From: Bryobacteraceae bacterium
GTDB taxonomy: Bacteria; Acidobacteriota; Terriglobia; Bryobacterales; Bryobacteraceae
DNA length: 64,000 bases
Reading direction: 5' to 3'
Assembly (NCBI GenBank): GCA_025980665.1
Contig: JAICXC010000009.1
Location: forward strand, 209-64,208
Position numbers and translations under genes: made by a program. The stretch's first letter is position 1. Each line of letters opens with the position of its first letter. Below are positions 28,240 to 35,502 of the stretch, piece by piece. The notes beneath the pieces were generated by a model. It had not been told where the DNA came from. It worked only from the letters and a program-made list of their open reading frames with translations, and made no database searches.

Positions 28240-29147
28240 CGCAACAGGTTCCTATCCACGTAACTTCCGTGGATCTTCTGATGGCAGACTGTGCAGTTCT
28301 GGAAGCGCGGCGAGCGCAGATCGTGAAACGCCGGCGGCACAACACCGATGGTTCCGGTGGTGTTGACCGTGGGGAGATTGGCGTGGCACTCCAGGCAGAG
28401 CAGGCGCACTTCCGGACGCGCCAGCATCCGCGGATTGGCCGAGCCATGCGGCTCATGGCAGGCCACACAGCCTTCGAAGCGCACCGGCCCGTGCTCGAAC
28501 GTGAACGGCCCACGCTTATCGCCATGGCAGTTCAGGCACCCCGGTTCATTCGCGGCGAAGGTTTGCGTCATGGCCGGACGAATACTGCCGTGCGGATTGT
28601 GGCAGTCGACACAGCTCATCGCTCCTTCCGGCAGCTTATGATGATTGGGCCTCTGAAACTCGGCCCAGACGTTGCTATGGCAGCTGGCGCACTGTTCGTT
28701 GATTGCGGCCGGCTTGCGCAGCACTAATCCATTGGGCCCGTTGGCGTGAACTTTGTGGCACGACGTGCAGGAGACCTGATCCTTGGCGTGGCTGCTTTCC
28801 AAACGGCCGACGTGGGTGGGCTGATTCAGGTGGCAGGTGAGACAGATCTTGTCGGCGACGGCCGCGGCGAGCTTCGATGGGTTGCGAATGGTCGCGGCCG
28901 AAGGCGATTCGATGTGCATCTGCGCGGGTCCATGGCAGGCTTCGCAGGCGCGCCCCTCCCAGCCACGTTTCGCGCTGGTCTCGACCGCGTCGTGGGGGCT
29001 TTTCAGGAACGAGTTATAGATATCTTCGTGGCATATCTTGCAGGTTTCCGATCCGACGTAGCCCGCTGGCAGGGCAGCAGGAGTCTGCGCGCGCGTGGTC
29101 ACGCAGGTCGCGATCAGAAAGAGAACCGCTAGTTTAATACTGCGCAT
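28236..29147 (-). CDS. mtrA: MtrA/DmsE-family periplasmic decahaem c-type cytochrome
   Basis: The ATG at 29147 gives MRSIKLAVLFLIATCVTTRAQ. Ten CxxCH in about 300 aa: CKICH, CEACH, CLTCH, CTSCH, CASCH, CVDCH, CLNCH, CVACH, CLECH and CTVCH. Starts SETCKICHED and ends CTVCHQKIHGS, as in MtrA-type proteins. Confidence 0.85.
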   Translation of the reverse strand: MRSIKLAVLFLIATCVTTRAQTPAALPAGYVGSETCKICHEDIYNSFLKSPHDAVETSAKRGWEGRACEACHGPAQMHIESPSAATIRNPSKLAAAVADKICLTCHLNQPTHVGRLESSHAKDQVSCTSCHKVHANGPNGLVLRKPAAINEQCASCHSNVWAEFQRPNHHKLPEGAMSCVDCHNPHGSIRPAMTQTFAANEPGCLNCHGDKRGPFTFEHGPVRFEGCVACHEPHGSANPRMLARPEVRLLCLECHANLPTVNTTGTIGVVPPAFHDLRSPRFQNCTVCHQKIHGSYVDRNLLR

Positions 29148-31248
29148 GCACCTTATCGACCGCAAACTCCGCGCCGGAGCTGTGGCAGACAGTGCAGCTT
29201 TCCCCGAGCGTGCTGGTGTTCGAGAGCGCGTGAGAGGCGGTGGGAATGTCCACATGGCATCCCGTGCACGCCGAAGCGATGGGCAGGATCGGGTTGATCG
29301 GCCCTTGCGGATCGACTACCGGATTGAGCCCGAGCGGAAGGTTTTGCTCGCTGTTATTGACGTGGCATAACGAGCAGTTGCGGGTATCCGTCGCCTCACC
29401 GGTGGGGCTCATCGCAGGGAAAAGCGTGCTGCTGAAGTCGTTATGGCTTCCCCCGAACCCCACCACCACATAGGTGCGTTTGGATGCCTGCATGTTGATG
29501 CCGTAGTGAATGCGATGCACCAGCAGGTTGAAGTTGATGCCTTGGGCGGGAGCGGCTTTATCCGCGGCGACTTGGGCACTCGCGCGAGTAGTTGCGTCCG
29601 TCTTCGACGGGTTGTGGCACATCACGCAGTACTCGGTATTGTTGCGGAGCGTGCCATGCAGCGACAGCGACACGTGGCATGCGTTGCAGTTGCCCAACGC
29701 TACCACTCCCCGGCGCGGCGCCAGCGGCGATCCATCGACCGAAAAATACACGACTTGGTTCTTGGCGCCATATTGGATGCTCTGTTGCGTAGTCGTGCCG
29801 GGTAGCACAACTTCCGTACGGCGCGCCTCGACGCCGATGGCATACGTGCCGGTCGAGCCAGCCGGAACGGCGTGAGTGAACGTGTAGTTGCAGTTGCTGT
29901 TCGCATCGCAGGTGGCCTTCGCCGCACTTTCCGTCACGTATCCGGGTGTGCTCGCGACGCCGAAATTGGTGTAGCCGTAATCGGTAGTCGGACCGGCCAT
30001 GGTGAACGAGATCGAGCTCAGCGCCGATAACGCAACCGGCTTCCCACCGCTGTCCTGCACGTTGAACGACACCACTGGCAGGCTTCCCGCCGTCCCGTTC
30101 GCAACTTTCGTGATGTTGACTACCAGACCGGAGAGCAAACTCAACGCGGTCGGCGCCACGTGCGCGCCCTTGATCGAGGCGTCGAAGTCGATCTCGCCCT
30201 GCGGAATGTGGCAGTTCGCACACTGATTGTCGTCAAACTGGGGTCCGCCCGGGTGATTGACGCCCGTGGCGAAATTCACGTCATCGTGGCAGGCGCCGCA
30301 GGCTGCGCGCGTGGGGTGCAGGAGATAAGCGGTTGCTTGCGCTGCGCCGGTGGTCTGTGAATGGCAGGTTTCGCATCGCCGTGGATCGCCCGGATCCGCC
30401 GGGTAGGCCACCTTCGAGAAGTCGAACGTTCCGAATTGGTTGATGACGGGAACATAGGGTGTGCCCGCCTGGACGCTCGGCAGATTCTCGCCCATGTGGA
30501 GCTTGTGAAAGAAAACCTTGGCGTCGAGAGTCGCTCCGGTATTGGCGTCGCTGGTCTGCGGCGTATGACACAACACGCACAGATCGATACCGCGCCGCGA
30601 TCCGCCATGCGCCGACAACTGGTCGTGACAGGCGTTGCAACTTACTGTCTTGATGATGTCGTGAGTGCGGGTTACCGCGGCGCCATTGGGGACAAAGTTA
30701 AATGTGGTGCTCGCGAAATTCGTGCCCAGGCTGAAAATCGTCAAATTTCGGGAACCGTAGATGCCGATGGTATGCGTAGCAGTCGCATCGAAGCCCGAGG
30801 GCGCTCGGGTGTGGAACGTGTATTGATACTGTCCGGCCCCGACCTGCGTGGATGTGCCACCCGAATCGGCTCCGGCCTGCTGCGTGGACGATAGCACGGT
30901 CCCCGACGATGCGCGCGTCGTGTAGGCCATGTAGTCTTCCTGATTGCTCGGTAGCACCGCGGCGATGAAGCTCAAGCTGATCGTCCCCGGCGTGGTCACT
31001 CCCGTTGAGTCCAGCGGCAGTCCTGCGGGATCGCTCACCGTGTAGACCGTCGAGATCGTACCGTCCGCCGCGATTTGCGCGGAATTGACTTTGATGACGA
31101 GGCCAGGACGGACGAACTCGACCGCGGGATCATCGGCGAAAAATGCCTTTTCGTGAGGAGTATATGGCCGCCGGGGAGCGCTCGCCAGACTCGCCGCAAT
31201 CACAACGATGACGGCCGCTACCCGCCACTGAGTCGCGAGAAATCTCAC
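29134..31248 (-). CDS. mtrC: MtrC/OmcA-like decahaem cytochrome (beta-domain, 5 haems, beta-domain, 5 haems)
   Basis: The GTG at 31248 has AAGGGAGG 5 nt upstream. Signal peptide RFLATQWRVAAVIVVIAASLASA. Two blocks of five CxxCH (CNACH, CVLCH, CETCH, CGACH, CANCH, then CNACH, CVMCH, CSLCH, CTGCH, CTVCH). Each block is preceded by a haem-free T/S/G/V-rich segment of about 170 aa. Confidence 0.75.
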   Translation of the reverse strand: MRFLATQWRVAAVIVVIAASLASAPRRPYTPHEKAFFADDPAVEFVRPGLVIKVNSAQIAADGTISTVYTVSDPAGLPLDSTGVTTPGTISLSFIAAVLPSNQEDYMAYTTRASSGTVLSSTQQAGADSGGTSTQVGAGQYQYTFHTRAPSGFDATATHTIGIYGSRNLTIFSLGTNFASTTFNFVPNGAAVTRTHDIIKTVSCNACHDQLSAHGGSRRGIDLCVLCHTPQTSDANTGATLDAKVFFHKLHMGENLPSVQAGTPYVPVINQFGTFDFSKVAYPADPGDPRRCETCHSQTTGAAQATAYLLHPTRAACGACHDDVNFATGVNHPGGPQFDDNQCANCHIPQGEIDFDASIKGAHVAPTALSLLSGLVVNITKVANGTAGSLPVVSFNVQDSGGKPVALSALSSISFTMAGPTTDYGYTNFGVASTPGYVTESAAKATCDANSNCNYTFTHAVPAGSTGTYAIGVEARRTEVVLPGTTTQQSIQYGAKNQVVYFSVDGSPLAPRRGVVALGNCNACHVSLSLHGTLRNNTEYCVMCHNPSKTDATTRASAQVAADKAAPAQGINFNLLVHRIHYGINMQASKRTYVVVGFGGSHNDFSSTLFPAMSPTGEATDTRNCSLCHVNNSEQNLPLGLNPVVDPQGPINPILPIASACTGCHVDIPTASHALSNTSTLGESCTVCHSSGAEFAVDKVHAQY

Positions 31249-31291
31249 CGGCAGCCTCCCTTGTCGGTATCGTACAGCAATTTGTGCGAAT

Positions 31292-31308
31292 GCAAAAGCA
31301 GTTTTTGC
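31292..31308. promoter_or_regulatory. Inverted repeat GCAAAA-N5-TTTTGC about 45-60 nt upstream of the mtrC-like start
   Basis: Read directly: tGCAAAAgcagtTTTTGCg. It is preceded by the partially palindromic TTGTGCGAATGCAA. Confidence 0.3.
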
Positions 31309-31442
31309 GCCGTCTTTTATATCTTGAGAGAATCTTCGTGTCCGCCCAACTATTTGCAAAGAAAAGCGGAGCCAATTGGCCTAGTGCCAAACCCGACGTG
31401 CGATCGAAGATGGTGGGTCGAGTGCTGCGGGCGGTGACGCAG

Positions 31443-31460
31443 TTGGGTGAGATCACCCAA
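31443..31460. promoter_or_regulatory. 18-bp near-perfect palindrome TTGGGTGA-GA-TCACCCAA in the divergent intergenic region
   Basis: Read directly. The 8-bp arms are exact reverse complements. It lies between the cytochrome operon and the RIC/NnrS genes. Confidence 0.4.
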
Positions 31461-31566
31461 GGTGCAATGTCGGCTCTCCGACCGAATTGCAAGAAAGCTC
31501 ATTTCTATCGGGAAGCATTACTTTGATCGAGTATGGGCCTAGACGTGCCTGAGTATTGACATACTT

Positions 31567-32388
31567 ATGTGTCTGACCGTTCCTGGAAAGGTCCTCAGCG
31601 TCGAAGACGGAGATCCTGCGTTCCATAACGCTGAAGGCGATTTCTGCGACGTCCGCAAAAGGACTGTGCGAGAGATCGCGATCGAGCATCCTGCCACTGT
31701 CCGGGTTTTCGAGTCGCTTGGGATCGACTATTGTTGTGGCGGCAAACAAACTCTGAAGGATGCGTGTGAGCGCGCGGGCGTGCCCGTGGAACGAACTCTC
31801 GATCTGCTGGCTCAAATTGAGGAACACACACCGTCCGAGGCCGAAAACTGGGGCGGAGCCAGCGCGCAGGAGTTGATCAGCCACATCGTCGGCCGTCACC
31901 ACAGCTACGTCCGCAGCGAGACCCCACGTCTCATGACGATGTTCGACAAGGTCGTGAGCCGCCACGGGCAAGACCACCCGGAACTGGTCCCGATCCGCGA
32001 CTTGTTCAGTGCGCTAACACAGGAACTGTTCGCACACATGCTCAAGGAGGAGAACGTCCTCTTTCCTTACCTCGAGAAGATGGACGCGGCCGTGACCCGA
32101 GGGGAACTTCCACCACCTGCCGTTTTTGGCTCCATCGAGATGCCGATTAGCCGCATGCTCGCCGACCACGACCAGGCCGGGGAGTTGCTGGCCAAGATGC
32201 GCGTCCTATCCTCCGGATATAGCGCGCCGGAGTCCGCGTGTCCTACCTATCGAGCCCTATATCACGGTTTGGAGGAATTTGAGCACGACCTTCACCATCA
32301 CGTGCACCTGGAGAATAACATTCTCTTCCCGCGCGCGCTTCATATGGAGCAGGGCACGGGCACGGAGCTGGCCCATGAGCACGACTAG
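31567..32388 (+). CDS. ytfE: Iron-sulfur cluster repair di-iron protein (RIC/YtfE/ScdA family) with a HypC-like N-terminal extension in the maximal ORF
   Basis: ScdA_N motif TVREIAIEHPATVRVFESLGIDYCCGGKQTLKDAC, then hemerythrin-like His/Glu motifs (HHSYVR, HMLKEENVLFPY, HHHVHLENNILFP). An alternative in-frame GTG start is at 31666. Confidence 0.85.
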   Translation: MCLTVPGKVLSVEDGDPAFHNAEGDFCDVRKRTVREIAIEHPATVRVFESLGIDYCCGGKQTLKDACERAGVPVERTLDLLAQIEEHTPSEAENWGGASAQELISHIVGRHHSYVRSETPRLMTMFDKVVSRHGQDHPELVPIRDLFSALTQELFAHMLKEENVLFPYLEKMDAAVTRGELPPPAVFGSIEMPISRMLADHDQAGELLAKMRVLSSGYSAPESACPTYRALYHGLEEFEHDLHHHVHLENNILFPRALHMEQGTGTELAHEHD

Positions 32389-33709
32389 TCAGATCGGCAC
32401 GAGCACGGCCGCTCTCGTTGAGCGCGAAGTGAAGATGCAGCGCATGTTGGTCGCCTACATCCTCACAGGTCTCCTGTTCCTGCTGCTGCCAGGTACGTTT
32501 CTGGGAGTGTGGAACCTCGTCTCCATCAGCAGCCGGCACGCGCTCGATAGTCTCTCTCCGGCCTTTTTGCAAGCTCACGGGCACGCTCAGATTTTCGGGT
32601 GGATTGGGACGTTCATCCTAGGCATTGGGTTCTATTCTCTGACCAAAATGGGACATCTACCCACCTTCGCCATCCCGCGCGGTTGGACTTGCTTCGGTCT
32701 ATGGGTCACCGGAATTACGTTGCGCTGGTTCGCGGGCGTCGTGGGTTGGCAGTGGAGAATCCTGCTGCCGCTTTCTGGGCTGTTGGAATTGGTGGCATTT
32801 CTGACGTTCTTCCGGACTGTCTCCAGTCATCGCCCTCCGACGCGGCCGGCAAGTGGGGCTACGGCAACCCGTCGTAGACCTGAGCCGTGGATGCTGATGG
32901 TGATCGGCTCGACGCTCGGTTTTCTGGTAACGCTGGTAATAAATCTTATCGCGACTCTTCAAGTTTCCATAAGCAACACGGGACCCGCACTGGAACACGT
33001 GTCTGACCAGCGTCTGGTGACGCTCGCGACGTGGGGCTTCCTGGTTCCCGCCGTATGGGGATTCAACGCGCGCTGGCTGCCCGTCTTCCTGGGACTCGAT
33101 CAGCCGCGCCCGCGGTTCCTGTTTCTCGCTCTAGGCCTCGGGTGGGCAGCGATTCTGGCCGAATTTTCCGGTCGACTCACCTGGTTTGCGGCTTTGCTTC
33201 CGTTCGCAGCCCTGGCCGCCGTTTTCGCGCTGCGCATTGCGGAGCCTTCCGTCCGGCCGGCTAAAACTGCCGGTGTGCATCCGAGTTTTCCGTTCTTTGT
33301 ACGACTGGCGTACCTGTGGCTGCTAGTCGCCGCAGCTCTGTCGGTGCGCGCATCCTGGAGCGATGTGAGTGGCGGCATCTGGGGCGCATCGCGGCACGCG
33401 CTCACCGTCGGATTTCTCTCGACCATGGTGTTCGCGATCGGCCAGCGAATTCTGCCCGCCTTCTGCGGTGCGCGTGTTCTCTATAGCCCTCGCCTAATGC
33501 TCGCATCGCTGGCCGCGCTGAACATCGGCTGTGTGCTGCGCGTAGCGTCCGAGATCCCCGCGTATGAGGATAACGTGCGGGTCGCCTGGCATGTATTGCC
33601 GTGCTCGGGCGTAATCGAACTGCTCGCGGTCGGCTTGTTCGCCGTGAACCTGGCACTGACATTGCTCCAACCTCCGGCTCACCTGCGACCGCTGGTTGCG
33701 ATAAGCTGA
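32375..33709 (+). CDS. NnrS-like polytopic membrane protein (NO-response associated family)
   Basis: About 12 predicted TM helices. FLQAHGHAQIFGWIGTFILGIGFY resembles the conserved His-rich NnrS helix. Overlaps the RIC stop by 14 nt. An alternative start (MQRML) lies near 32435. Confidence 0.65.
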   Translation: MSTTSQIGTSTAALVEREVKMQRMLVAYILTGLLFLLLPGTFLGVWNLVSISSRHALDSLSPAFLQAHGHAQIFGWIGTFILGIGFYSLTKMGHLPTFAIPRGWTCFGLWVTGITLRWFAGVVGWQWRILLPLSGLLELVAFLTFFRTVSSHRPPTRPASGATATRRRPEPWMLMVIGSTLGFLVTLVINLIATLQVSISNTGPALEHVSDQRLVTLATWGFLVPAVWGFNARWLPVFLGLDQPRPRFLFLALGLGWAAILAEFSGRLTWFAALLPFAALAAVFALRIAEPSVRPAKTAGVHPSFPFFVRLAYLWLLVAAALSVRASWSDVSGGIWGASRHALTVGFLSTMVFAIGQRILPAFCGARVLYSPRLMLASLAALNIGCVLRVASEIPAYEDNVRVAWHVLPCSGVIELLAVGLFAVNLALTLLQPPAHLRPLVAIS

Positions 33710-33928
33710 CGAATGCAGACAGATGGCCAATCGTCGGCTCGTGCTCGGCATCATATGTTTGCGATCTGCTTTGCGGCGTGGGGCTGATCGGCGCATTCGC
33801 GACACGCTTCCGCGAGATCCCATAACCCCAGCGCCAGCCAGTCGATCCTCTTATCGGTGTGGGCAGTCGTGTTCGCTTTATTTGCTCGCAACGCCCCAAC
33901 GACGGTGCCGTCCCGAGAGCTGGGAGCT

Positions 33929-34191
33929 ATGTTCGCGCTGCTTCGCGGGGAACGCCTGGCATGGGTTCTTTCCGGGTTCTATTTCTGACCGCCGGCGTAC
34001 TGCCGGCCACCGGAATGCGCCCCATCGGCGGGTGGCTCTTAGACCGGATTAGCGGCGCGCGGGGTGGCCTGGCCGGATTCTCCCCGCCGTCCCTAGTGGG
34101 TTTCTTCCACGACCGTCTCGGGATGATCTGGCCAGCACTTCATCCGTCGCCGATCCGCACTGCGTTGGTGGATGCACCGACTACGTCGTAG
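33929..34191 (+). pseudogene. Short decayed fragment of an MFS (NarK-like) transporter
   Basis: MFALLRGERLAWVLSGFYF(stop) in one frame. ..LTAGVLPATGMRPIGGWLLDRISGARGG.. (MFS loop motif G-x-L-x-DR-x-G-x-R) in the next frame. Far too short for an intact MFS. Confidence 0.3.
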
Positions 34192-34226
34192 CAGTGCACA
34201 TCTGTCATGCTATCCTTATACTCAAG

Positions 34227-34417
34227 TTCTGGTAGAGGAGCGAGGGCCACCAGTAACTCGGCGCGTAATTCCGTGGATCCGGAGCGCCGGGCGAAAGGGG
34301 CAGCCTCGCCGAAATCGATGCGCTCGATCCCTGGCGCTAAGGTTGGTGAGCACGGCTAATACCTGTTCACTGTCATTCGACTTGGTTTTTCCGGGCCGGA
34401 TGGAGCGCTATCGGGAA
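34227..34417 (+). ncRNA. Lysine riboswitch (L-box) aptamer in the leader of the dap/lys operon
   Basis: The L-box conserved blocks appear in the expected order: GGTAGAGGAGCG, CCAGTAA, GAAAGGGGCAGCCTCGCCGAA, CCCTGG, CACTGTCA, TGGAGCGCTATC. A P1 helix is possible between TTCTGGTAG (34227-35) and CTATCGGGAA (34408-17). A weak hairpin ACAGCC-N8-GGCTGT followed by CTCTTTA lies at 34424-34450. Confidence 0.8.
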
Positions 34418-34494
34418 GTGGTCACAGCCCCTCTCCTGGCTGTCTCTTTAAAACGAGGCAGCGCGTCTCCTGAAAAGCCCCCGATTGTTGCGAT

Positions 34495-35502
34495 ATGGAT
34501 CCGTTTCAGCTAACACGCGCGCTCGTCGATATCGAATCGGTTACGCCCAATGAGGAGAAGATCGGATTGTTCCTGTTCGATTACCTCAAGGAGCTTGCTG
34601 CGCGCACCGGTGGCCACGTGGAGCGTTTTGAGGTGGAACCGAAGCGCTATAACTTGCTAGCGCAGTGGGGCGATCCGATCGTCACACTCTCCACCCACAT
34701 CGACACCGTCCCACCGTTCTTTGCCTCGCGCGAGGATTCTGAATTCATCTGGGGCCGCGGTGCCTGCGACACCAAGGGCATCATCGCGTCGATGATTCAC
34801 GCCGTGGAAGCGCTGGTGGCGGATGGCGTTCGCGGCGTCGCTCTGCTGTTCGTCGTAGGCGAGGAACGCAATAGCGCCGGGGCATATGCCGCCGCCAAGA
34901 TCCCGCGCGGCAGCCGTTTTCTGATCAACGGCGAGCCCACCGAAAACAAACTCGCGCTCGGATCGAAGGGCGCATTGCGCTACGAAATCGTGGCGCACGG
35001 CCGCATGGCGCACTCCGCCTACCCGCACCTAGGGGAGTCTGCTATTGAGAAACTCCTTGATGCGCTTGAGAAAATTCGCCGTATTCCTATGCCCAGCGAT
35101 TCCATCCTTGGCGCGAGTACGCTGAACATCGGCACCATTCAAGGCGGACGGGCGCCGAACGTCATCCCGGATCGTGCCCGCGCGGAGGTATTCTTCCGCC
35201 TGGTGGATTCCGGCGACGGCATCCGATCGGCGGTGGCCAACGCGTCGAAGGGTTTAGTCGAGGCGAACGAGGTTCTCTATATCCCCGCCGTTCATTTGGG
35301 TTCCGTGAGCGGCCTCGAGACCACCGTAGTGTCTTATACAACGGATATTCCCGCCTTTGATGGTAGGTGGGGACAACCTTTTCTTTTCGGGCCGGGCAGC
35401 ATCCATTTCGCGCATACGGATCAAGAGCGGATTCCGAAGACAGAGTTACTGGAAGCTATCGGGATTTATCAAAAACTAGTGAGGCAATTGTTACAGAAAT
35501 GA
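34495..35502 (+). CDS. M20-family metallohydrolase (DapE/ArgE-like; candidate N-succinyl-diaminopimelate desuccinylase)
   Basis: ALVDIESVTPNE..., STHIDTVPP, GRGACDTKG, LFVVGEE and a C-terminal GPGSIHFAHTDQERI. First gene of the lysine operon. Confidence 0.75.
   Translation: MDPFQLTRALVDIESVTPNEEKIGLFLFDYLKELAARTGGHVERFEVEPKRYNLLAQWGDPIVTLSTHIDTVPPFFASREDSEFIWGRGACDTKGIIASMIHAVEALVADGVRGVALLFVVGEERNSAGAYAAAKIPRGSRFLINGEPTENKLALGSKGALRYEIVAHGRMAHSAYPHLGESAIEKLLDALEKIRRIPMPSDSILGASTLNIGTIQGGRAPNVIPDRARAEVFFRLVDSGDGIRSAVANASKGLVEANEVLYIPAVHLGSVSGLETTVVSYTTDIPAFDGRWGQPFLFGPGSIHFAHTDQERIPKTELLEAIGIYQKLVRQLLQK

Noticed and set aside
34172-34513. 113-aa plus-strand ORF immediately upstream of the lysine operon.
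   Set aside because: It is fully occupied by the lysine riboswitch aptamer and its expression platform. The predicted protein is Arg/Ser-rich with no motif.
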